Under the pieces are notes generated by a model. It was not told where the DNA came from, made no database searches, and saw nothing but the letters and a program-made list of their open reading frames with translations. Below, one piece after another: positions 56,809 to 64,000 of a DNA stretch of 64,000 nucleotides. The stretch is taken from positions 1 to 64,000 of IMG/VR virus record IMGVR_UViG_3300032323_002779; one strand, written 5' to 3'. Within the stretch, counting starts at the first letter, position 1; each line of letters starts with the position of its first letter. A program made the position numbers and the translations under genes. This stretch comes from a virus.

Positions 56809-57531
56809 ATGGCTAATAAACCTATTAATGTAAATAAAGCGATGACCGTTGTTTACTTCAATAATCTAATTCTTGGAGAATTAAGAAAAAACGGGATTGA
56901 AAGTTGGATTGCGGGTGGTGTTTTAAGGGATTACTTCTTGGATAAGCCCTTAAAATCTGATTGCGATATTTTCTTTCCTAACATTGAAGAGTTCAACAAA
57001 GCAAAAGCATATTTAACGTCAAAAGGAGCAAAAATAATTTGGGAAAGTGAAAACGGAATGAAAGTTACCTACAAGGGCAATACTTTTGATTTAGTTAAAA
57101 TCTTTGCGCCAAATCCTTTGGCTACTATTGGTCGTTTTGATTTTACGATTTCAATGTTGGCTACTGACGGAAAACAAGTTTTTTACGGAAATAATACCCT
57201 AAAAGACTTACAAGATAGAAAATTGGTAATCAATACTATTGTGAATCCATTAAGCACTCTTAAAAGAGTATTGAAGCACTATAAGAAAGGGTTCACTATG
57301 TCTGCGGAGGAAACCAAAAAACTATATGAGGCTTTAAATAGTATGCCTTATAACGATACTGACGATATGCTCAATGCAAGAGGGGTTTCAGGGGATAATT
57401 TTAGACCAACGGTTGTGGCAACGCAACCTGCGCCTGTGGCTAAACCTGATTATTTGAAGTACGCTATGATTGGCGTACTTGCGCTTTTGGTTGGGTATGT
57501 TGCTTATAAAAAATTTAATAAACCACAGTAA
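56809..57531 (+). CDS. CCA-adding/poly(A)-polymerase-type nucleotidyltransferase head with C-terminal TM anchor
   Basis: IAGGVLRD, SDCDIF, RFDFTI, DLQDRKL and LKRVLKHYKKGF, followed by a hydrophobic helix. Confidence 0.8.
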   Translation: MANKPINVNKAMTVVYFNNLILGELRKNGIESWIAGGVLRDYFLDKPLKSDCDIFFPNIEEFNKAKAYLTSKGAKIIWESENGMKVTYKGNTFDLVKIFAPNPLATIGRFDFTISMLATDGKQVFYGNNTLKDLQDRKLVINTIVNPLSTLKRVLKHYKKGFTMSAEETKKLYEALNSMPYNDTDDMLNARGVSGDNFRPTVVATQPAPVAKPDYLKYAMIGVLALLVGYVAYKKFNKPQ

Positions 57532-57533
57532 TT

Positions 57534-58055
57534 ATGGGAAGTTTCGGAGGAGTAAAAATTGATGCGCAAAATTTCAATGAAACTGTTGCTTTGGCTCAAG
57601 AAAAAGCACTATTTCAGCAACAATTAATTGACCAAAATAGAGTGAATACTTTAGCACAGTCTTTACAAGATTATCGTGTTAATTTATTGAATTCTACATT
57701 TCCTGACGGGCAATATTATATCACGTCTGATTTCAATTCAACTTTAGTTCAGTTTCAGGGAGGTAAATATAGCGCAAATGAAATAATCGCAGTTATGCCT
57801 GTTGTAAGGCAATTTAAAAGAGGCGAATTAGTTACCGTCATTACAACGCCTACTAATATGGTAGGAGGCGTAGCAAAGGCAATTCAAACTGATTCAGGTA
57901 ACTTTTATGCAGACCAAAACAGACTTTCTAAAACAAAGCCTGTTGACCCTGTAACGACTGAATCTTTAAGTGAAACGAGAGCGAAAAACGTAAATAAAAC
58001 AACGGTAATGATTATAGGGGCTTTTATATTAGGGTTCTTGTTGAGTAATGATTAA
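57534..58055 (+). CDS. C-anchored membrane protein (SH3-like)
   Basis: YYITSDF...FKRGELV plus TM. Confidence 0.6.
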   Translation: MGSFGGVKIDAQNFNETVALAQEKALFQQQLIDQNRVNTLAQSLQDYRVNLLNSTFPDGQYYITSDFNSTLVQFQGGKYSANEIIAVMPVVRQFKRGELVTVITTPTNMVGGVAKAIQTDSGNFYADQNRLSKTKPVDPVTTESLSETRAKNVNKTTVMIIGAFILGFLLSND

Positions 58056-58077
58056 AGTTTAATAAATAGAATTTAAA

Positions 58078-58518
58078 ATGGGGTTTTTTCGAGATTTGAG
58101 TTTTAATAACATAGAAGATTTTATTAAAGGTAATGTAAAATCTGCCGTGAAAGATAGCGCACATTTAGTACAACAGTACATTAACAACCCTATAACAAGT
58201 GCTATTGCGCCAACTGCTTTATCTGCTTTTGGAGTGCCACCTGAAGCCTACAATGTTGTAAAGAATTTACAAAACAAAGGATTAAATAGTCTTCAGGGGA
58301 TAAAAGAAGCGGTTGCGGGTACTGAATACAGTCAAGAAATTCAAGGCTTGAACGAAGTGCAGTTTCAGGCAATGTTAAGAATGATTGAAGAAGAAAAAAG
58401 ACAGGAAGAAGAGAAAAAGAAAAAGGAGAATAGAAAGAAACTATACATAGTGCTTGGTGGTGTATTTTTAATAGTGGCTACGTCTTTTGTGACATACAAA
58501 ATATTAAAGAAAAAATAA
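58078..58518 (+). CDS. C-anchored membrane protein
   Basis: Charged helix followed by TM and KKK. Confidence 0.7.
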   Translation: MGFFRDLSFNNIEDFIKGNVKSAVKDSAHLVQQYINNPITSAIAPTALSAFGVPPEAYNVVKNLQNKGLNSLQGIKEAVAGTEYSQEIQGLNEVQFQAMLRMIEEEKRQEEEKKKKENRKKLYIVLGGVFLIVATSFVTYKILKKK

Positions 58519-58524
58519 AAAAAT

Positions 58525-58827
58525 ATGAAAGGAAATAAAATTTTAATTGCAGGTTTGGTTTTGGCGGGAGTTGGAACTGCTTTGTTTTTCGTTTTGAAAA
58601 AATCAAAAGAAAAGTCAAAAAAAGAATTTATACTTTTGACTTTTGAAGAAAAAGGTGTAAATGATGACGAGTATAGCAACATAAGTTATGCTTTGGACAA
58701 AATGAGTTCAGAAGAATTAGGGGTTGTTTATGAATTTATGGTGTTTATTTCAAACGAGGAAAGTGCGCCTCAAAGTTTACAGAACAAAGCGTCAAGAATT
58801 TTCGATAGGTACTATTTTCCAAAATAA
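58525..58827 (+). CDS. N-anchored membrane protein
   Basis: N-terminal TM. Confidence 0.7.
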   Translation: MKGNKILIAGLVLAGVGTALFFVLKKSKEKSKKEFILLTFEEKGVNDDEYSNISYALDKMSSEELGVVYEFMVFISNEESAPQSLQNKASRIFDRYYFPK

Positions 58828-58829
58828 TT

Positions 58830-59120
58830 ATGACTAATACTAAAAAAGTGTTTTATGTTTTAGGAGGGGCTATTGCTATAACAGGCATAGTCTTGTTTTT
58901 GATACCGCCCAAAGCAAAAGTAGTAATAAGAAAGGACGGTACAGGAACGGCTTCGTTAGGGGGTTCTACAAAAGAGTTCTCAATGGATAAAGGAGTTGAC
59001 ATTACAACTTTCAATGGGTATGAATTACACGTTTTTGGAGAGGATATTTGGTTAAGAAAATGGGGTAGAGATGTAAAAAATGCAGACGGTAGCCCTAAAG
59101 TAGAAATTGTAGCAGTATAA
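58830..59120 (+). CDS. N-anchored membrane protein
   Basis: N-terminal TM followed by a beta-rich domain. Confidence 0.7.
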   Translation: MTNTKKVFYVLGGAIAITGIVLFLIPPKAKVVIRKDGTGTASLGGSTKEFSMDKGVDITTFNGYELHVFGEDIWLRKWGRDVKNADGSPKVEIVAV

Positions 59121-59124
59121 AATT

Positions 59125-59457
59125 ATGAATTTAGACGCAAAACAAAAAAAGTTTTTAATTATTGGCGGAGCAGTTGTGTTAGGTGTTTACTTAATTAGTA
59201 AATGGCTTCATAGTTTGCCTAAACCGCTTCCTGCTGATTTACAAGCGGAAGTTTTAGATAAAGAAAAAGTTCTTAAAAAAGGCTCTCAAGGTGCGGAGGT
59301 TTCCGAACTGCAAAGAGTTCTAAAAAAAGACTATAACGCTGATTTGGGAAAAACAGGCGTTAATCAAGACGGTATTGACGGCGATTTTGGATTGCTGACA
59401 GAAGTTGCTTTAAAAAGCGCAAAAGGTGTAACAGAAATATCATTAAAAGATTTGTAA
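59125..59457 (+). CDS. N-anchored peptidoglycan-binding-domain protein
   Basis: LKKGSQGAEVSELQRVL...IDGDFGLLTEVAL (PG_binding_1 pattern). Confidence 0.75.
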   Translation: MNLDAKQKKFLIIGGAVVLGVYLISKWLHSLPKPLPADLQAEVLDKEKVLKKGSQGAEVSELQRVLKKDYNADLGKTGVNQDGIDGDFGLLTEVALKSAKGVTEISLKDL

Positions 59458-59458
59458 T

Positions 59459-59815
59459 ATGAATTCAAAAGACAAAAAAACCGCTATGATTGTTGGCGGA
59501 ATAGTTTTAGGTTTAGGAGTATTTATTTACTTTTTATTCAAAAATAAACCATTAGGTGTTGAGGTTAATAAAATTAATCCTGAAGACATAAATCCTCAAC
59601 CTCAAAATAATTTGGATATGAATTTAGTTTTAAAACAAGGTTCAGAGGGCGCAGAAGTTGCTGAAATGCAAAGAATCTTAATCGAGAAATACGGTCAGGA
59701 TTTAGGTACTTTCGGAGAGAATAAAGACGGTATTGACGGAATATTTGGGACAGTTACTTTGGCAGGTTTGGTCAAAGCAAAACAAGTTTCTGAAATCGCA
59801 TTAAAAGATTTGTAA
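59459..59815 (+). CDS. N-anchored peptidoglycan-binding-domain protein (paralog)
   Basis: LKQGSEGAEVAEMQRIL...IDGIFG. Confidence 0.75.
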   Translation: MNSKDKKTAMIVGGIVLGLGVFIYFLFKNKPLGVEVNKINPEDINPQPQNNLDMNLVLKQGSEGAEVAEMQRILIEKYGQDLGTFGENKDGIDGIFGTVTLAGLVKAKQVSEIALKDL

Positions 59816-59816
59816 A

Positions 59817-60026
59817 ATGGGAAAAGGATATTACATAGTTGGAGCAGTATTGCTTGGGGTTGGGGTGTATTTCTTGTATAGCAAAATCAAGAAAGGAAAC
59901 TTGGGTTTTAACTTGAGAAACGAGTATGTGGCAGAATCGGAAGAGGGTAGTCATTTAGAACCGCCTATGGAAACAACTTCTAACACTCCGCCAATCGCAA
60001 CACCGCCTTTTGTGCCAACAGTTTAA
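59817..60026 (+). CDS. Small N-anchored membrane protein
   Basis: TM plus a Pro/Thr-rich tail. Confidence 0.65.
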   Translation: MGKGYYIVGAVLLGVGVYFLYSKIKKGNLGFNLRNEYVAESEEGSHLEPPMETTSNTPPIATPPFVPTV

Positions 60027-60037
60027 AAAAAAACGAT

Positions 60038-60364
60038 ATGACTAACAATCAAAAAGTAATTATAGTATCGGCAGGTCTAATAATTTTAGGACTGTACTTC
60101 TTTTATAAGCAAAAAAAACAAGGTGCTGAACCTGCAAAACAAGATGCTAATTCCGAAACAAGTATGCAAACTGAAAAAGCGGATTGGGATAAGGTTTTGA
60201 AAAAAGGCTCAAAAGGAGTTGAAGTTGGAATACTTCAAAAAGCATTGAAAAAATTAGAAGTCGATAATGATTTTGGCGATTTAACTGAAGCAAGGCTTAA
60301 AGAAGTTATGAAAGTAACTCAAACGTCATTAAACGAATATAATAAGTTCATCAACAAAAAATAA
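60038..60364 (+). CDS. N-anchored peptidoglycan-binding-domain protein
   Basis: LKKGSKGVEVGILQKAL...VDNDFGDLTEARL. Confidence 0.72.
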   Translation: MTNNQKVIIVSAGLIILGLYFFYKQKKQGAEPAKQDANSETSMQTEKADWDKVLKKGSKGVEVGILQKALKKLEVDNDFGDLTEARLKEVMKVTQTSLNEYNKFINKK

Positions 60365-60368
60365 TATT

Positions 60369-60914
60369 ATGAATAAGAACGTAGTAATAATAGGAAGTAT
60401 CGCTTTGTTAGGGGTTGGTGCGTACTTTTATTTTAAGCCAAAAGCAAAAGGAGCAACAGGCGCAGGATTAACGGGAACAGGACTAACAGGTACAGGGCTA
60501 ACAGGCGCAGGATTAACGGGTGCAGGACTAACAGGCGCAGGACTAACAGGAGTAGGGACAATAGGTACAGGAGCAACAGGCGTAGGCGGAGGCTCTGTAA
60601 GCGTCCCACCAACAGGAACGGTTTTGGCTTCTCCTGAACAAGTCGCAGATATTGCTAAAAAAATTGCTGAAGCCAAAAGTTTAGCGACTAAAATATCGGA
60701 TTTGAGAACTAAAAGAAATTCTTATTTGGTAATAAGTTTGAAAGACTATGCGGTTGCTTCGGGTAATGAGTTTTGGAGTAATAATGAGCGTATGTTAAAA
60801 ACCTTAAAGGCAAACGATATTGCTAAATTTGAAAAAGAAATCAAAGATTTAGACGAGAAATTAGGTATGTTAGGGTATATGGAAGTTAATGGTTCTATAA
60901 GCAAAATCGTGTAA
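60369..60914 (+). CDS. N-anchored protein with G[AT]GLT pentapeptide repeats
   Basis: 15-bp repeats at about 60455-60555; helical C-terminal domain. Confidence 0.72.
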   Translation: MNKNVVIIGSIALLGVGAYFYFKPKAKGATGAGLTGTGLTGTGLTGAGLTGAGLTGAGLTGVGTIGTGATGVGGGSVSVPPTGTVLASPEQVADIAKKIAEAKSLATKISDLRTKRNSYLVISLKDYAVASGNEFWSNNERMLKTLKANDIAKFEKEIKDLDEKLGMLGYMEVNGSISKIV

Positions 60915-60932
60915 TTGTAAATTTAAAAAATT

Positions 60933-61418
60933 ATGAATAAGACCGTAGTAATAATAGGAAGTATCGCTTTGTTAGGAGTTGGTGCGTATTTTTATTTTAA
61001 GCCAAAAGCAAAAGGAGCAACAGGCGCAGGAGCAACAGACGCAGGAACAACAGGTACAGGCGGAATGGGCGCACTTACAGGAACAACGGGTGCAATTATG
61101 CCACCTGCGGGAACTGTTTTTACGACACCTGAACAAGTAGAAGCAATTACTGTAAAAGTTTCAAACGCAAGAGATTTGACTAAAACCATTTGCGATTTGA
61201 AAAAACAGTACAAGATAACTGAAGACGAAATGAATGACTTTATGAATTTCACAAGTGTAAGCAACGACCTTATAAAAAGCAATATGACTACTGCTCAATC
61301 TCTTGCTCAAACTGCACTTGCAAGAAAAAATGCGGTTAAGACAGTTGCGGATAGCATCAATAAACTAAAAGAATTGGGTTATAAAGAAGTTGATTGCAAA
61401 ATGGTGCAAATTGCGTAA
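60933..61418 (+). CDS. Paralog of 60369
   Basis: Near-identical first 30 or so residues. Confidence 0.72.
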   Translation: MNKTVVIIGSIALLGVGAYFYFKPKAKGATGAGATDAGTTGTGGMGALTGTTGAIMPPAGTVFTTPEQVEAITVKVSNARDLTKTICDLKKQYKITEDEMNDFMNFTSVSNDLIKSNMTTAQSLAQTALARKNAVKTVADSINKLKELGYKEVDCKMVQIA

Positions 61419-61452
61419 TTTTTAATAAATTCGTATTTTAAATAATAATAAT

Positions 61453-61917
61453 ATGGCAGTAATTAATTGGAATACCGTCCCTGATTATGACGAATGGGGT
61501 TATGATACTTGGTGGGATTGCGAAGATTGGATAATGTGGCATAAAAGGTTGGTTGAACATTTTAATAAACCAACTGCTAATGACATTTGGAATTACGCCT
61601 TTGCAAAGTCAGGAAGTTTAAGCGGAAATCTTGATTGCCGTACATTCAATTCTTCTTTTAGAAAATACGTTAAGGAAAATGGTTTGTCGCCTTATGACGG
61701 AGCGGGGGTATTTACTCCTGTTTTACAAGGGTATGGAACTGCGAGTGATATTGTAATAGGAGGTCTTGACACGACTTCAAATGTTGCGTCAGGTTTATTT
61801 GGAACTGTTGATAGTGTTTTTGGTGGTAAAAATTTGAAAAGAACATTAACCATTGCTTTGGTAGTAGGCGGTATTATAGGTGTTGCTTACGTTTACAAAG
61901 CATTTAAAAAAACATAG
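61453..61917 (+). CDS. Trp-rich C-anchored membrane protein
   Basis: MAVINWNTVPDYDEWG...; C-terminal TM. Confidence 0.72.
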   Translation: MAVINWNTVPDYDEWGYDTWWDCEDWIMWHKRLVEHFNKPTANDIWNYAFAKSGSLSGNLDCRTFNSSFRKYVKENGLSPYDGAGVFTPVLQGYGTASDIVIGGLDTTSNVASGLFGTVDSVFGGKNLKRTLTIALVVGGIIGVAYVYKAFKKT

Positions 61918-61918
61918 T

Positions 61919-62365
61919 ATGGCGGTAATAAATTGGAACACAGTTCCTAATTATGACGAATGGGGTTGGGACGACTATTGGAAATGTGATGATTGGGTAA
62001 CTTGGCATCAAAAATTGACAGAGCATTTTGGAGAAAAAACGGCGACAGAAATATGGAATTACGCTTTTGAAAAGTCATCTTCGTTAAGTAACGTTTATAA
62101 TTGCAGTTCATTTGACGCTTCTTTTAGGGCTTATTATAAAAAGCATAATTTAAGAGTAAACGAAGATGTCGCTACTGAAATTTGGGGTACGGCAACCGAC
62201 ATTAGTTTAGGTGCGCTTGGCACTACTTCAAATGTTGCTTCAGGGTTGTTAGGAACTGTTGATAGCGTATTTGGAGGTAATAATCTTAAAAGAACAATAA
62301 ATATAGTTCTTATAGTGGGTGGTATTATTGGTGTCGCCTATGTTTATAAAGCGTTTAAAAAGTAA
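61919..62365 (+). CDS. Tandem paralog of 61453
   Basis: MAVINWNTVPNYDEWG...; start placed at 61919 by homology. Confidence 0.72.
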   Translation: MAVINWNTVPNYDEWGWDDYWKCDDWVTWHQKLTEHFGEKTATEIWNYAFEKSSSLSNVYNCSSFDASFRAYYKKHNLRVNEDVATEIWGTATDISLGALGTTSNVASGLLGTVDSVFGGNNLKRTINIVLIVGGIIGVAYVYKAFKK

Positions 62366-62370
62366 AAGTT

Positions 62371-62535
62371 ATGAAAAATAAAAAATTGATAATAATAGGT
62401 GCTACGTCTGTAATAGTTTTGGGAATACTTTACTTTGCTTTCAAAAAAGCAAACCAAAAAGACATTACAAATGACCCTCAACTTAAAGCAGATTTTGATT
62501 CTGTAATCAAAGCAATTGATAACGCTGAAAAATAA
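62371..62535 (+). CDS. 54-aa membrane peptide (not in track)
   Basis: MKNKKLIIIGATSVIVLGILYFAFKK... Confidence 0.68.
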   Translation: MKNKKLIIIGATSVIVLGILYFAFKKANQKDITNDPQLKADFDSVIKAIDNAEK

Positions 62536-62541
62536 AAAAAA

Positions 62542-63096
62542 ATGAACGGAGATAAAAAATTATACTTGTATTCAGGATTGGCTATCGCTTTAGCGGTAGT
62601 TGCTTATGTTGTTATCACAAAGAAAAAGCCTTTGCCTACTACTTCCGCTGAAGAAGCCTCAACCGAAGAACAAGATGACGTGGTTGTTACTCCAAGTGGA
62701 GATACTATTACGACTGAACAGGCTATTATAGACCCTGCTTTAAGCGAAATTTTAAAGTTGCCTCTTGCCGAAATAAAGTTGAAAATGTTGAATAAGAAAC
62801 TTTATACAAAAGTTGACAACGTTAACCCAAGACAAACTCCTTATGTGAATAATGGTTGGTTTGTAAATAACGGTGTTGGTGGTAAAATAACTAAAAAAGG
62901 CACTTTTGCGGGTACGGTAACAGATGTTGCAAAAGACAAAGGCTCAATGAGTAATGCTCAAGGCAGAGTTTATATTTGGTTTAAAGTTAAACCGTCTGCT
63001 GAAGCCGTAAAGCAAATAAAAGACGATGCAAACATACTTGTCCCAACAAAAACTGATACTTTTTGGTTGAGAGAAGATGTTGTAGTAAAAAAATAA
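62542..63096 (+). CDS. N-anchored membrane protein, possible SH3b-like C-terminal domain
   Basis: TM; VNPRQTP...WFKV...WLREDVV. Confidence 0.65.
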   Translation: MNGDKKLYLYSGLAIALAVVAYVVITKKKPLPTTSAEEASTEEQDDVVVTPSGDTITTEQAIIDPALSEILKLPLAEIKLKMLNKKLYTKVDNVNPRQTPYVNNGWFVNNGVGGKITKKGTFAGTVTDVAKDKGSMSNAQGRVYIWFKVKPSAEAVKQIKDDANILVPTKTDTFWLREDVVVKK

Positions 63097-63103
63097 AATT
63101 ATT

Positions 63104-63535
63104 ATGAGAACAAATGATATGCGAACCACTATGTTGGTAGCGGATTATGACAATCAAATAATGCCTGTTGATGAAAACTCAACATACACAGGGGGTGGTT
63201 CAAATATTGTTGAGCCTGAAATTGTAATTCCTGTAAACAATGAAATTGCAACTCCGATTGGCGCAGGTTCGGCAAGTGCTGAACAAGTAGAAATATTAAC
63301 TCAACAAGCAGGAAATACTTCTCAATCAGGTACAAGTACGGTTGTAGAGCCTAATATAGATGCAGAGCCAAGCGCAACTACTGACGAAACAAAAACATAC
63401 GTTGGCGGAGGGACTACTCCTGATTCAAATATCATAATAGACAAACCAAAACGTAATTATCTTATGTATGGTCTTATTGGTGTTGTTGGGGCGTATGTTA
63501 TTTACAAAGTGTTTTTCAATAAAAAAAGCCAATAA
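63104..63535 (+). CDS. S/T-rich C-anchored membrane protein
   Basis: Disordered linker plus TM. Confidence 0.68.
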   Translation: MRTNDMRTTMLVADYDNQIMPVDENSTYTGGGSNIVEPEIVIPVNNEIATPIGAGSASAEQVEILTQQAGNTSQSGTSTVVEPNIDAEPSATTDETKTYVGGGTTPDSNIIIDKPKRNYLMYGLIGVVGAYVIYKVFFNKKSQ

Positions 63536-63546
63536 AATAAAAGATT

Positions 63547-63681
63547 ATGAGTCAGAATAAAGAGGGTTTGCAAGGCACTCAAAACAAACAGGTTTCTTTT
63601 TTAGAGAGCCACCCAAAACTTATAATGACGGTTTTTATTGCAGTTGGTCTTTACATAGGGTATAAAAAATTTATGAAGTAA
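63547..63681 (+). CDS. 44-aa membrane peptide (not in track)
   Basis: MSQNKEG...LIMTVFIAVGLYIGYKKFMK. Confidence 0.62.
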   Translation: MSQNKEGLQGTQNKQVSFLESHPKLIMTVFIAVGLYIGYKKFMK

Positions 63682-63682
63682 T

Positions 63683-64000
63683 ATGGTTATAAATCCAAAC
63701 ACATCTTTTCAAAACACATCTTTTCAAAAAGAAAGCAAATTCATTTTGAAAGTAGTTGCGGTTGCAAGTGTTATTACTGCTTTGGCGGGAGGATATTACT
63801 TTTTTGTAAACAACGTTTGGAAACCAAAGGTTAAGGTTTTAAGTGTTGATTTTACGAATGGTTTCGCAACAGTAGAAATGCCCTTTGGAAGAAAAGTAGA
63901 TATTTATGGAGATTCACAGTTTTTGATTGGGGGAGATTGGGGTGTGAAATTCGGTACTGTGAATAGAGGAGGTAAAACATCATACGAAAATCTACAACTT
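63683..64000 (+). CDS. Partial N-anchored membrane protein
   Basis: MVINPNTSF...VVAVASVITALAGGYYFF...; open to the window edge. Confidence 0.65.
   Translation, partial: MVINPNTSFQNTSFQKESKFILKVVAVASVITALAGGYYFFVNNVWKPKVKVLSVDFTNGFATVEMPFGRKVDIYGDSQFLIGGDWGVKFGTVNRGGKTSYENLQL

Larger units (their letters stand above)
1..64000 (+). mobile_element. Bacteriophage genome segment, probably a large tailless membrane-containing phage of a Bacteroidota host
   Basis: Dense co-oriented genes and no host housekeeping genes. Lysis cassette, HNH nucleases, packaging-type ATPase, about 50 small TM proteins, Bacteroidota-type promoters and A-rich starts without SD motifs. Confidence 0.85.

Noticed and set aside
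277-63335. Numerous minus-strand and nested ORFs of 60-116 aa in the track
   Set aside because: They lie within or across well-supported plus-strand genes and have no motifs or credible starts.
1-64000. tRNA/rRNA genes, integrase, DNA polymerase
   Set aside because: None is recognisable and intergenic gaps are short and AT-rich. Lifestyle and replication mode cannot be determined from this window.

Overview
AT-rich, densely packed phage DNA with nearly all genes on the + strand. A-rich starts without Shine-Dalgarno motifs and TTTG..TAnnTTTG promoters point to a Bacteroidota (Flavobacterium-like) host. There are three blocks. (1) 1-9.1 kb: sugar-modification and accessory genes (RgpF-like, DegT aminotransferase, acetyltransferase, methyltransferase, glycosyltransferases, RyR-domain protein, possible Acb2/Tad1-like protein). 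(2) 9.5-37 kb: a polyvalent block with a Zeta-like kinase, ART-like domains, a MoxR AAA+/VWA-like pair and three giant proteins of about 1890, 2781 and 1417 aa. These proteins are built from unrelated modules separated by about 60 copies of a [FY]-[AE]-[DKN]-G-G motif. Three consecutive proteins end in the same GG...PDYL[RK]MFLG tag, and a Cys-His-Asp protease-like module sits between two GG motifs. (3) 37-64 kb: about 50 small membrane-anchored proteins, an A32/FtsK-HerA-type packaging ATPase, a beta-rich candidate capsid protein with the same ADG(G) motif in its N-terminus, two muralytic enzymes and a lysis cassette. No terminase, portal or tail genes are recognisable in the window. My best reading, which is inference, is an unusually large tailless membrane-containing phage with a GG-site polyprotein and cargo-processing system reminiscent of adenovirus/ASFV maturation. 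All family assignments come from motif recognition by eye, not from database searches.
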